From a virus, in IMG/VR virus record IMGVR_UViG_3300011116_000834, positions 1 to 64,000 of that record: 64,000 bases of DNA, one strand, 5' to 3'. Each line of letters starts with the position of its first letter. Positions within the stretch are counted from its first letter, which is position 1. A program made the position numbers and the translations under genes. Below, piece after piece: positions 7,460 through 16,525 of this stretch. The notes beneath the pieces were generated by a model. That model saw only the letters and a program-made list of their open reading frames with translations. It was not told where the DNA came from and did no database searches.

Positions 7460-7948
7460 ATGAATCAGCAAATAAAAGATAAAATTAAGCGTAAAATATA
7501 TGAACATCTTTTAAAAGAACAAGAAATGCCTGAGGGGGAGGGCGATGGTTGGCTTGAAGACTGGCCTAACTGGATTCCTCATAATTTATATCCAGCTTCA
7601 GGTCCAGGAGTGGGTCCACATATTCCAATTTGGATTTGGAATCCAGATGATAACACATGGTATCAGGTTTATTATTCACATAATCCTCCAGGATGGGTTA
7701 GAATAATTGAGCAACGACCAGGTGATGTGGGGCACCCACCAAATGGTTTGTTTTGGAAGCCAGGAATGAAGTACCCAAAACTTCAGAATCCCGTACTACC
7801 TCGTATACCACCCACTATACCAAGACCCTCAAAACCATTAACAAATCCAAATCCATGGTATGATCCTAATGGTGAGTTTCCTTGGAATACACCATGGGAT
7901 CCGATTCAAAATAGGCCGCTCAAACCACTATCACAGCAACTAGATTAA
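7460..7948 (+). CDS. Pro/Trp-rich putative internal protein, leader ...KIYEHLLKE
   Basis: Leader plus WPxWIP and WKPGM motifs; terminator at about 7952-7985. Confidence 0.75.
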   Translation: MNQQIKDKIKRKIYEHLLKEQEMPEGEGDGWLEDWPNWIPHNLYPASGPGVGPHIPIWIWNPDDNTWYQVYYSHNPPGWVRIIEQRPGDVGHPPNGLFWKPGMKYPKLQNPVLPRIPPTIPRPSKPLTNPNPWYDPNGEFPWNTPWDPIQNRPLKPLSQQLD

Positions 7949-8000
7949 TACAAACAAATCCCATCGAAAGGTGGGATTTGTTTTTACATAAATATGTAAT

Positions 8001-8342
8001 ATGGATTTTACAAAATATTATAAATTCAAACTTCAAGAGCAATTGATTAATCCACCAGGAACAATCAATCCACATCGACCAGGTTCTCCAGGTTATAATA
8101 GCAATCCTCAATTTCCAGGAACACCGCCAGGAACAGTTCCTCCCGTATCACCACCACCAGTTAATGATCATCCAGTATTTCAGGGTCCTAATGATAATCC
8201 TAACAATCGATCTCCTATATTGTGGGAACCACCACCATACTGGCATCCAATCTGGAATCCGAAAGGATATCATCCAATTTGGAATCCCCATGGTATAAAG
8301 GGAAACTGGGGACCATTACGACCAGGTGAAGATTATGTCTAA
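8001..8342 (+). CDS. Pro-rich putative internal protein (MDFTKYYKFKLQE...), HPIWNP repeat
   Basis: CATAAATA late-like promoter at 7987; leader motif. Confidence 0.7.
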   Translation: MDFTKYYKFKLQEQLINPPGTINPHRPGSPGYNSNPQFPGTPPGTVPPVSPPPVNDHPVFQGPNDNPNNRSPILWEPPPYWHPIWNPKGYHPIWNPHGIKGNWGPLRPGEDYV

Positions 8343-8351
8343 ATATACAAT

Positions 8352-9116
8352 ATGGAAAATATAACTCATAAATTTTGGTTGAAACCAGGCGGAACACTTC
8401 ATACTTTTGAAGATAGCATTACGCATCATCATATACATGAGGTTCTTGATCATCCAGAACAATTTGGTACTTCTATTCCCGAATTGACTGCAATTCATCA
8501 AGAAGGCAGAAAAGCAGGAATAGAGTCACATGATATCTCGCATCCTGATTTTACTTGGTCTGAAGGAATCCATAATTTTCTTGCAAAAAAGGGATTCATT
8601 CGTGGGTTAAACAACTCAAATAAACGGAAGAGTAGTTTTGATCTACAGTCGTCAAAGGGTCAACCACACCCAAGTGAATTCGTAGAACATGTTCGTGGTT
8701 TGGTTCAGCATATACCAAAAGACGACAGACCAATTTTAATTCATCTAGATTTTAATCCATTTGCAGATAAGGATGATCCTCATGGAACTTCAGTTGAAGA
8801 ATTTGACGACACTGCTAAAAAATTCTTAGAAGATCGTGGGATAGATAAAAAGCATTATAAAGATACAGGATCGATTCATCTTACAAGTTGGCAGGATATT
8901 CATAAATTTATAGGTGAATCTGGCGGAAAAAGAAGAAGAATTGGTGATATCGATGAACCCAATTCAGTTACAAGTGCTCATGTGCGAAATGCATTAGGTG
9001 CAAATCCAGGAAATGTTCCAAAGGCAATTTGGAATAACATGAGAAATTTTGGAGATTCCTATACTCCAAGCATATTGTCATTTAGATCTTTCCTAAAGGA
9101 AATGTATTCTAAATAA
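8352..9116 (+). CDS. His-rich hypothetical protein with C-terminal SFRSFLKE motif
   Basis: Long ORF within the operon. Confidence 0.75.
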   Translation: MENITHKFWLKPGGTLHTFEDSITHHHIHEVLDHPEQFGTSIPELTAIHQEGRKAGIESHDISHPDFTWSEGIHNFLAKKGFIRGLNNSNKRKSSFDLQSSKGQPHPSEFVEHVRGLVQHIPKDDRPILIHLDFNPFADKDDPHGTSVEEFDDTAKKFLEDRGIDKKHYKDTGSIHLTSWQDIHKFIGESGGKRRRIGDIDEPNSVTSAHVRNALGANPGNVPKAIWNNMRNFGDSYTPSILSFRSFLKEMYSK

Positions 9117-9131
9117 TAGGGAAATTCATAT

Positions 9132-9731
9132 ATGGATATAAATCAATTCAAACAATCATTGCAAAATGTTTTCCTAAACGAAAACTCATATAATACCCAT
9201 GATATAAAAGCATGGCAAAGCGGAGTTCGAAGTGCACAACTTTCGGGTAATCCAAATTTCAGAACAGGATTACAAGCACATCCTTTGTTCCATGCTGGAT
9301 ATCAAGCAGGAATGCGTATTGGACCACATGCAGAAGATCCATCTCATATGGCAAATGCAGTAAGTCCAGAAAGACTTCGCTCATATCGGGATTCGACAAA
9401 AATACATGATCATATGGTAGCAAAGGTAGCAGATCACTTTGCTCCTATTCTTGCTGGTCAAGAACCAGATATGATTCCACATTATAAGAATCTAATATCT
9501 TCTCATCTTAATAATCACGAAAGTGGTCAATTCAAATCATCAAAAGATGCAGCAACTGCTGCATTGCAGATCTTTGGCAATCACCCAAACATGAGCAGAC
9601 GCTGGGATGATGTAATTACATCGTGGGAAGGCAGCACACATAATCCAAATTATAGATCTCGTAATTCGCAAGGAAGTCCATTCCGAAATGAGTCTGCTGC
9701 CAATCATTGGTATGCTCATACATTTTTCTGA
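9132..9731 (+). CDS. Putative internal protein, leader ...NVFLNE, His-rich
   Basis: Long ORF; leader motif. Confidence 0.75.
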   Translation: MDINQFKQSLQNVFLNENSYNTHDIKAWQSGVRSAQLSGNPNFRTGLQAHPLFHAGYQAGMRIGPHAEDPSHMANAVSPERLRSYRDSTKIHDHMVAKVADHFAPILAGQEPDMIPHYKNLISSHLNNHESGQFKSSKDAATAALQIFGNHPNMSRRWDDVITSWEGSTHNPNYRSRNSQGSPFRNESAANHWYAHTFF

Positions 9732-9739
9732 GAACACAT

Positions 9740-10849
9740 ATGCTAACATTTAGAAATTTTATCGTTGAATCCGAAGAAAACAAATTATTTCTTGAAGATG
9801 AAAGATTTGGAGATTATCTCGTATATCTTTCTGAAGCACATCTATCTCTACTTTCAGAAGCACAGTTATCATTGAATGTGATAAATCCCCATGGAAACAA
9901 TCAACAAGTTTCATGGGGTAGTGTGAAGCAAGGATTTGATCAGGCATCAAATCGACAACAAAGAAGAAACCTTGCAAGGGAAGCAAGAAAGATTCGTCCT
10001 CAGAATCTACTTGGTGCTGAAGGATCAAATCCAAAACTTGCAAAGGAAGGTGAGAATGTTCCAGAATATGCAACCAAGGGACTTTCACTTACTCCATCGG
10101 ATGAATCTGGAAGAATCAATACTTGTTCATGTGCAACAGAAGAATGTCGCGCTGCTTGCTTGAATAAAGCAGGTCGTGGAGCAATGACATTCACACAAAA
10201 GGCAAGACTTGCGCGAACCAACTTCATGTTGGATCATCCTCAGCATTTCATGTCAATGCTTCATGATGAAATCGATGCACATGAAAAATCAGCAACCAAG
10301 AAGGGCAAGAAAGCAGCAGTTCGTCTGAACATCGTTTCCGATATTCCTTGGGAAAAACTACATCCTGAAGTCTTCAGTCAACATCCAAATACTCAGTTCT
10401 ATGATTATACCAAGATTGCAGGAAGAGTATTAAATCCAGATGGATCTAAGAAGCAACTTCCTTCAAATTATCACCTGACATTCTCTTCCACGGGTATACA
10501 TGATCGTGGAAACTGGGATGATGCAAGAAAGCATCTTGACAATGGTGGAGTCGTCGCAATGGTATTCAAAGTACCAGCAGCAAGAAATGGAAAGAAAGGT
10601 GGAGATCTTCCCACTCATGTAGTAGACCAGAAGACTGGAAAGAAGTATAGAGTAATTGATGGAGATCTTCACGATCATAGACATCTGGATCATGTTTATA
10701 ACGATGCATCACCAGATGAAGGATTGATTGCTGGTCTTCGTATCAAAGGTGGAAGGAAGATGGCAGAGAAAGCAGGAGATTTTGCTGTTTCCACAACTCC
10801 TGGACAAGATCATGTTGTTGTTCCAGATATTCAAAGGAAGAAAAAATGA
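9740..10849 (+). CDS. GP88-family Cys-motif protein with capsid-targeting-like leader MLTFRNFIVE
   Basis: CSCATEECRAACLNKAGRG, VRLNIVSDIPWE, QFYDYTK, NYHLTFS and IDGDLHDHRHLD motifs. Confidence 0.75.
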   Translation: MLTFRNFIVESEENKLFLEDERFGDYLVYLSEAHLSLLSEAQLSLNVINPHGNNQQVSWGSVKQGFDQASNRQQRRNLAREARKIRPQNLLGAEGSNPKLAKEGENVPEYATKGLSLTPSDESGRINTCSCATEECRAACLNKAGRGAMTFTQKARLARTNFMLDHPQHFMSMLHDEIDAHEKSATKKGKKAAVRLNIVSDIPWEKLHPEVFSQHPNTQFYDYTKIAGRVLNPDGSKKQLPSNYHLTFSSTGIHDRGNWDDARKHLDNGGVVAMVFKVPAARNGKKGGDLPTHVVDQKTGKKYRVIDGDLHDHRHLDHVYNDASPDEGLIAGLRIKGGRKMAEKAGDFAVSTTPGQDHVVVPDIQRKKK

Positions 10850-11568
10850 ATTACGAATTTAAAAATAAATTAAAAGCAAGATTGTATGAACAATTATTGA
10901 ATGAACAAATCGCCAAACCAATAAAAAACATTTTAGTAGATCCTTCTTTATGGATACCATGGATTAAGGGAATATTCAGAACGGATATAGAGCGTTTCGG
11001 TGTGCGTTTATTTTCTAATAAAGAAACTATTCAACGATTTCTTGGTAGAACTCTTACTGCTGAAGAAATGGCAGCAATGAGAGCAAATGGTACTTGGGAA
11101 AGATATCAGAATGCTTATAGAGATTCTACTGAATTCTGGCATATAATTGAAAATTGGGGAGGTGTAGGAAAATTTGGACTTAATAATTTTGATAATTTCT
11201 ATCTAACTCAGGAAGGTAGATATTTTGTACAAAATATAGAAAATGGAAAATGGTATGGTGTAGGAGTAAGAGGATATCCAAATCCCAGTCCTCCACCAGC
11301 AACTCTTGTTAGACTTTATCCAGAATTTGAAATGCCACCAGGCTGGAAACCAGGAATGGACTATCCTCATGATGTTGGAGGTGGGTCAGGAGTTGGAACA
11401 ATGAGAAATCCTAATAATGAAGAAATGGGACATGGAGTTGGAATCATTCGTAATGGACCTGGACCTGGATCTGGATCTGGACCTGGATCAATACCATCAG
11501 GTGAAAGACCAACTGAAGATCGTGGAATAGATCCATGGAATTCAGATACACCCTTTCAACAAGCATAA
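10846..11568 (+). CDS. Tagged paralog A (leader ...RLYEQLLNE; C-term EDRGIDPWNSDTPFQQA)
   Basis: Shares core and tail with 12729-13448 and 13458-14177. Confidence 0.8.
   Translation: MNYEFKNKLKARLYEQLLNEQIAKPIKNILVDPSLWIPWIKGIFRTDIERFGVRLFSNKETIQRFLGRTLTAEEMAAMRANGTWERYQNAYRDSTEFWHIIENWGGVGKFGLNNFDNFYLTQEGRYFVQNIENGKWYGVGVRGYPNPSPPPATLVRLYPEFEMPPGWKPGMDYPHDVGGGSGVGTMRNPNNEEMGHGVGIIRNGPGPGSGSGPGSIPSGERPTEDRGIDPWNSDTPFQQA
11515..11568 (+). repeat. 54-bp 3' coding repeat, copy 1 (identical at 13395-13448; 4 mismatches at 14124-14177)
   Basis: gaagatcgtggaatagatccatggaattcagatacaccctttcaacaagcataa. Confidence 0.95.
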
Positions 11569-11572
11569 TATT

Positions 11573-11606
11573 AAAAAACAACCCCCGCAAAACGGGGGTT
11601 GTTTTT
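11573..11606. terminator. Bidirectional terminator between convergent genes
   Basis: aaaaacaaccccc-gcaaaac-gggggttgttttt. Confidence 0.8.
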
Positions 11607-11620
11607 ATTTCATTATTAAT

Positions 11621-12679
11621 TTATTCATACCATAGATCTGGTTTTCTTCCCCCTCTTGGTCGTTCTGGTCTTTGGGGTTCAATAGTTCTTACACTATCGT
11701 CTATCCACCATTCAGCACCTTCCGCTGGATTCTTTATCCATTGTCTATTTTCTCTATCCCAATAAAATGTATTTGGAGTATATCCTCGTATTAATCTCCA
11801 TTGTCCTCTATATTGTTCATATGCAGGATTTTGGATATAACGCCAATGACCCCCTTCGACATCCCATACCCATCCATCTGGCGGATGTGCATCTGGCGTT
11901 CCTTCTCCAGGCATACCCCATCCCCATGGATGCATTCCATGAACATATGGATTTTCATAACTTTCATCACCTGGATGTGATGTATATTGCCATCCTCTAT
12001 CTTCATAATACTGTCTGAATATATTATTAAGTGTTCCATCGGGATCTCTATAATCTAGTGGTGGAGCAGCTTCTTCGGGGGTCATTGGACCACCTTCGCG
12101 TAATCTCATTATTACTAATAGCATTCCAGCAATTCCCCACATCTGATTTCTAAATTTATCCGATAGTAAATATGCCATTGTTCCATCAGGATCCCATTGA
12201 CCACCTCCTTGATATAAATGTCTATGTTCATATAACCAATCAAATAAATCTTCAGCAGTACGAACTCCAGGAGCTAAGTGATCTCTTGTATTCATGCAAA
12301 GTTCTAATAAACTATGAGCTTTACGATAATAATCATGTCCAATTGGTGGAGGCCATGATACATTTGGTGGCCATCCTGGTGGAGCAAATGGAGGGTATGG
12401 AACAGGTGGTACTCTACCATTAGGATCAAATAACCAAGGCCATGCCGATGGGGGATTACCACTTCCATCCCATGAACCCCATCCTCCAAAATTTTCATCA
12501 GCAGATGGAGTCTGCCATGGATGCATTCCATGGAATCTATCCATCCAACCTGGTGGTGCATCTGGTGTTGCTTGTTGAGATCCTTGACCAATATTATATT
12601 CACCAGTATCTTGTGTTCCTAATGAATTGGGATCAGTGATTTCAAGAATAACTTTATAATGATTAGCTAGTTTTTTCAT
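11621..12679 (-). CDS. Pro/Trp/Gly-rich putative internal protein (MKKLANHYKVILE...), HGMHPW repeat
   Basis: TATAAATA on the minus strand at 12699-12692; leader. Confidence 0.8.
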   Translation of the reverse strand: MKKLANHYKVILEITDPNSLGTQDTGEYNIGQGSQQATPDAPPGWMDRFHGMHPWQTPSADENFGGWGSWDGSGNPPSAWPWLFDPNGRVPPVPYPPFAPPGWPPNVSWPPPIGHDYYRKAHSLLELCMNTRDHLAPGVRTAEDLFDWLYEHRHLYQGGGQWDPDGTMAYLLSDKFRNQMWGIAGMLLVIMRLREGGPMTPEEAAPPLDYRDPDGTLNNIFRQYYEDRGWQYTSHPGDESYENPYVHGMHPWGWGMPGEGTPDAHPPDGWVWDVEGGHWRYIQNPAYEQYRGQWRLIRGYTPNTFYWDRENRQWIKNPAEGAEWWIDDSVRTIEPQRPERPRGGRKPDLWYE

Positions 12680-12728
12680 AGTTCTATAGATTATTTATAA
12701 AAGATATATAATTGGTTGGAGATATTAT

Positions 12729-13448
12729 ATGTTTTATAAAAATCAAAATAAACTCACAGAACAAAATCGCAATTTATTGCAAAAAGGATTATTAAATAAA
12801 TCCTTTAAAAATAATAAAATTGATTTAAATGAACAATTAGCACCAAAAGGAAAAATGTATCAATGGCTTTTGGACAAAGTGCCAAGAGGAATATGGCATC
12901 CACTCATAGAACCTGGATGGGGGATATTCAAAATGTGGGAATCTACGGTGGAACGAGAATTACTTTCCATGACTCCCGAAGAATTTGCAGCATTATCAGA
13001 TGCAGCAAGAGCAGCATATAATGCAAGAAGGGCTGAAGCTATAAAATGGAGAGAAACTGCTGCTCTTTTAAAGCAAGAACGAAGGGGAATGTGGACTAAA
13101 TTTTTCACAACAAAAGACGGTAGAGTAATTGCATATAATGAAACAGAGGGAATATGGTATGGGTTAAGCAAAGAAGGATATAGGCGTCCCGATGGAACAA
13201 TTTATTATAGACCAGAACCAAGATTTCCAATGCCTGAAGGTTGGAAACCAGGAGATCAACCTCCCAACTTTACAGATACTCATCCAGTAGGACTAGGACC
13301 TGCTCCTTTATATAGTGGTGGAACAATCAATGTTGGCGACATAAACGATGATAGATTAGATACATTTGGTCCAGCAAGAGCTACTCCACCAACAGAAGAT
13401 CGTGGAATAGATCCATGGAATTCAGATACACCCTTTCAACAAGCATAA
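12729..13448 (+). CDS. Tagged paralog B
   Basis: TKDGR.IAYNETEGIWYG core; C-terminal tag. Confidence 0.8.
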   Translation: MFYKNQNKLTEQNRNLLQKGLLNKSFKNNKIDLNEQLAPKGKMYQWLLDKVPRGIWHPLIEPGWGIFKMWESTVERELLSMTPEEFAALSDAARAAYNARRAEAIKWRETAALLKQERRGMWTKFFTTKDGRVIAYNETEGIWYGLSKEGYRRPDGTIYYRPEPRFPMPEGWKPGDQPPNFTDTHPVGLGPAPLYSGGTINVGDINDDRLDTFGPARATPPTEDRGIDPWNSDTPFQQA

Positions 13449-13457
13449 GGATATTTT

Positions 13458-14177
13458 ATGAAAACAGATATTGCATCATTAAAGATATTACTAGAGAAAA
13501 AATTAAATGAAAAATTTAATTTACAAGAACAAACACCAAATTTCTGGAAAGGTCAGTGGTGGAGACCATTACGAGATGTTATTTATCCAAATCATCTTGG
13601 TCAGCGTCCATGGGAAGTTGTATCTCATTGGATAAAGGGTGAAGGAATGAGATTATGGGAAATGACCGAAGCTGAAATTCAGGCTCTATTACAGCAATAT
13701 AGAGAAAGAAATGATTTAGAGGGATATTCTAGAATTATAGGTCAATTGGTGAAAGATAAAAAATATATTACTTTAGCACGCGAATTAGAAGAATCTATGG
13801 TTGGATCACATTTTACTGAATTTACCATAACTAAAGATGGTAGATGGATAGCATTTAATGAAACAGATGGTAGATGGTATGGAATTGGAAAGATACAACA
13901 TGGATGGAACCAAGTTGTAGATGGAAGAGGTACAACAAATAGAGTTCCAGCATACACACACGAACCAAGATATCCAATGCCTGAAAATTGGAATCCAGGA
14001 GATCCAATTCCATATAGTCCACCACAACCAGGATCAAATAATGTAATTAGTCCAGGAATTGGTTCCAATAATCCATATGATGATTTTGATCATTTGGGTA
14101 GTACTCCCGCAGGTTCACCAACTGGAGATCGTGGAATAGATCCATGGAATTCAGATACACCATACCAACAAGCATAA
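13458..14177 (+). CDS. Tagged paralog C
   Basis: TKDGRWIAFNETDGRWYG core; tail GDRGIDPWNSDTPYQQA. Confidence 0.8.
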   Translation: MKTDIASLKILLEKKLNEKFNLQEQTPNFWKGQWWRPLRDVIYPNHLGQRPWEVVSHWIKGEGMRLWEMTEAEIQALLQQYRERNDLEGYSRIIGQLVKDKKYITLARELEESMVGSHFTEFTITKDGRWIAFNETDGRWYGIGKIQHGWNQVVDGRGTTNRVPAYTHEPRYPMPENWNPGDPIPYSPPQPGSNNVISPGIGSNNPYDDFDHLGSTPAGSPTGDRGIDPWNSDTPYQQA

Positions 14178-14190
14178 TAAAGGAATCAAC

Positions 14191-15363
14191 ATGAAATATG
14201 ATTTATCAGAAAAAAGAATACAACCACCTAAAGATTTTTGGTGGAATCCAGGAGATGGTGAATATTTTGAAAGACCAGGACCACTAGATCCAATGGATTT
14301 TGATCCAATGGATCCTCCACCCGATCCCACCCATTGGGATTGGGAGATAAAACCAAATGGTATACCGCGCGGAAAGTGGTACGACACGGATACTAGGTAT
14401 AATGGTCCCGAGCGCTTTGGTCCTCGTCCCAATCCATCGAATCCTCCATCATGGTGGGGTGGGACTGCTGCTGCATGGGCAAGATATGCTCATTGGTTAA
14501 TCAGAGGTGTTGCGCTTATTCCATTATTCATAAATCAATCATGTGGAGGCGATTGTCAGGATGGAGTTGTTCCAGGAACCGCCTACCCTTTGCAACCAGG
14601 ATATGGTTGGAGATGGATTAATGATGGAGAATTTCTTAGGTACTACAAACCAGATGGAAATGGTGGATGGGTGGAAGCATCTGATGAAGATATCAACCTA
14701 TTCTTCAATATGCCTGGATTTCCATCTGGATGGTATCAGGGATGGGATCAAAATGGAAAACCTTGTATCTATAAACCAGATGGTACTGTAGCAACAGATC
14801 AAGAAATTCTTGATATTCAAAATAGACATCCAACTCCAGTTGGACCACCAGTAAATACTAAACCAACAGGTCCAGTAGCAAATGAACCAATTCAACTAAC
14901 TGCTCTTGAAGGATATGATCAAATGTCTATGAATAGATTACCAGAAAATAATAAATCTATAAACTTTAAATCATTACTTGAAGCAATTAAAGCAAACAAG
15001 GCAAAGAAAAAACTTGCCATGAGAAACTATACATCTCCAGCTAGTCTTCCTGATTCACCATTAGGTGGAGATAAAAACGCAGGAAATGCAGTTGGTCGTT
15101 CTCGCATAATCAATCAAGCAAAATCAACATGGCAAAGAGATTTCAATACTCGTTCAGCACAAAGAAAAGCAACAGATGCTGCATATACTGCAATGGGCGA
15201 ACCTGCTTCAATTGATCTTTATACTAAAGCAATGAAATTGGTAGCAGCAAAGAAAAGATCTGCACAACAATCTGGATTAGAATTCAATGCACAACATGCT
15301 GGACAAGATCTAATGAGAACTGTTACTTCGGTAAAACCTCATCATGGTGCATATACTTATTAA
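14191..15363 (+). CDS. Pro/Trp-rich protein with two YKPDG repeats and a basic C-terminal domain
   Basis: AAGGA RBS; long ORF; terminator at about 15388-15412. Confidence 0.8.
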   Translation: MKYDLSEKRIQPPKDFWWNPGDGEYFERPGPLDPMDFDPMDPPPDPTHWDWEIKPNGIPRGKWYDTDTRYNGPERFGPRPNPSNPPSWWGGTAAAWARYAHWLIRGVALIPLFINQSCGGDCQDGVVPGTAYPLQPGYGWRWINDGEFLRYYKPDGNGGWVEASDEDINLFFNMPGFPSGWYQGWDQNGKPCIYKPDGTVATDQEILDIQNRHPTPVGPPVNTKPTGPVANEPIQLTALEGYDQMSMNRLPENNKSINFKSLLEAIKANKAKKKLAMRNYTSPASLPDSPLGGDKNAGNAVGRSRIINQAKSTWQRDFNTRSAQRKATDAAYTAMGEPASIDLYTKAMKLVAAKKRSAQQSGLEFNAQHAGQDLMRTVTSVKPHHGAYTY

Positions 15364-15452
15364 ATAAATTTTTATTAAATATAAAAGAAAACCCCCCGTA
15401 AGGGGGGTTTTTGTTGATTAAGATCCACCACCTGGAGTATAAATTCCACTAT

Positions 15453-15962
15453 TTAACCATATGGATTTGCATATCCACCAAAGTCAGTTGGTTCGGATCT
15501 TCCACCCATTGGAAGTGATCTTGTTTGATATCCGCTATAGGGATCTACAGTTGGAGGAATGTATCTACCGTTATAATCAGTAGGTTGTGATCTTCTATCA
15601 CCCATTCCTATTCTTCTGTATTGATTACTATTATAATATGGATCTATGATTGGAGGAATTCCACCTTTGTAATCGGTAGGTTGTGATCTTCTATCACCCA
15701 TTCCTATTCTTCTGTATTGTGGAGATCCTGGTGGTAATGGTGAGGGAAATGGACTTGGTGTTGGTTCTGGTCTTGGATCTGGTCTTGGTGGGGATGGTGG
15801 GAAATCAGGTGGAAGATTTGGTGGTCCACTCATTCTTCTAAATGCACCTTGATTGTTGTTGCCACCATAAACTGGTCTGGCATATCCACCGTATCCTTGA
15901 TCTTCTGCGTAACCAATACCCTCGTTGAGCATTTTACGAATTGTTGTAGTTAATGATTCCAT
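15453..15962 (-). CDS. Gly/Pro/Tyr-rich putative internal protein (MESLTTTIRKMLNE) with a 32-aa internal repeat
   Basis: QYRRIGMGDRRSQPTDY occurs twice, plus a degenerate third copy. Confidence 0.75.
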   Translation of the reverse strand: MESLTTTIRKMLNEGIGYAEDQGYGGYARPVYGGNNNQGAFRRMSGPPNLPPDFPPSPPRPDPRPEPTPSPFPSPLPPGSPQYRRIGMGDRRSQPTDYKGGIPPIIDPYYNSNQYRRIGMGDRRSQPTDYNGRYIPPTVDPYSGYQTRSLPMGGRSEPTDFGGYANPYG

Positions 15963-15994
15963 TTAATTTTTTCCTTTTAATTTATTTATTTCCA

Positions 15995-16516
15995 TTACCA
16001 AGTCGATGGATTCCAAAGTTCTCTTTTTGGTGCCCATCGTTCACCAGGTACTGATCCACCTGGTTGTTCTATTGGATGATCTGGACTATCTGGTTTTGGT
16101 GTTCCTTGATGCACCACTCCATCTCCCGCTGGATCAACCCAATTGGATCCAGATGGCTGAATTTGTAGACCAGGACCATTTACAGTAATATCATTTGCTC
16201 CTGAACCATGGCGAACACACCACCAATATAAACCGCCAATTTTTACCCATAATCCACATCCTATACAGTTGGGGGGTATCCATGTAGGCCAATTATATCT
16301 TGGAGTTCCAGGTTCAGTTTCTGTTGGTCCTACTCTTGGTCCAGGATTGGGAGTAATTATTCTCGGACCACCAAGACCACCACCAGATGAACCAGAACCA
16401 GGAGGTCCTGGTGCTCTCACTCGAACTTTACCCCCATATGGATTATTTGGATTGAATTGTTCAGCAAATAATGATTCTACCAATCGTGATCTGATTATAT
16501 TTTTAATATTATTCAT
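15995..16516 (-). CDS. Pro/Gly/Trp-rich putative internal protein (leader ...RLVESLFAE)
   Basis: Leader; WPTWIP motif. Confidence 0.75.
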   Translation of the reverse strand: MNNIKNIIRSRLVESLFAEQFNPNNPYGGKVRVRAPGPPGSGSSGGGLGGPRIITPNPGPRVGPTETEPGTPRYNWPTWIPPNCIGCGLWVKIGGLYWWCVRHGSGANDITVNGPGLQIQPSGSNWVDPAGDGVVHQGTPKPDSPDHPIEQPGGSVPGERWAPKRELWNPSTW

Positions 16517-16525
16517 TTATTCTTT

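Noticed and set aside
11515-14177. 54-bp C-terminal repeat as a DGR template/variable repeat
   Set aside because: Two copies are identical, the mismatches in the third are not adenine-specific, all copies are coding, and there is no reverse transcriptase in the window.
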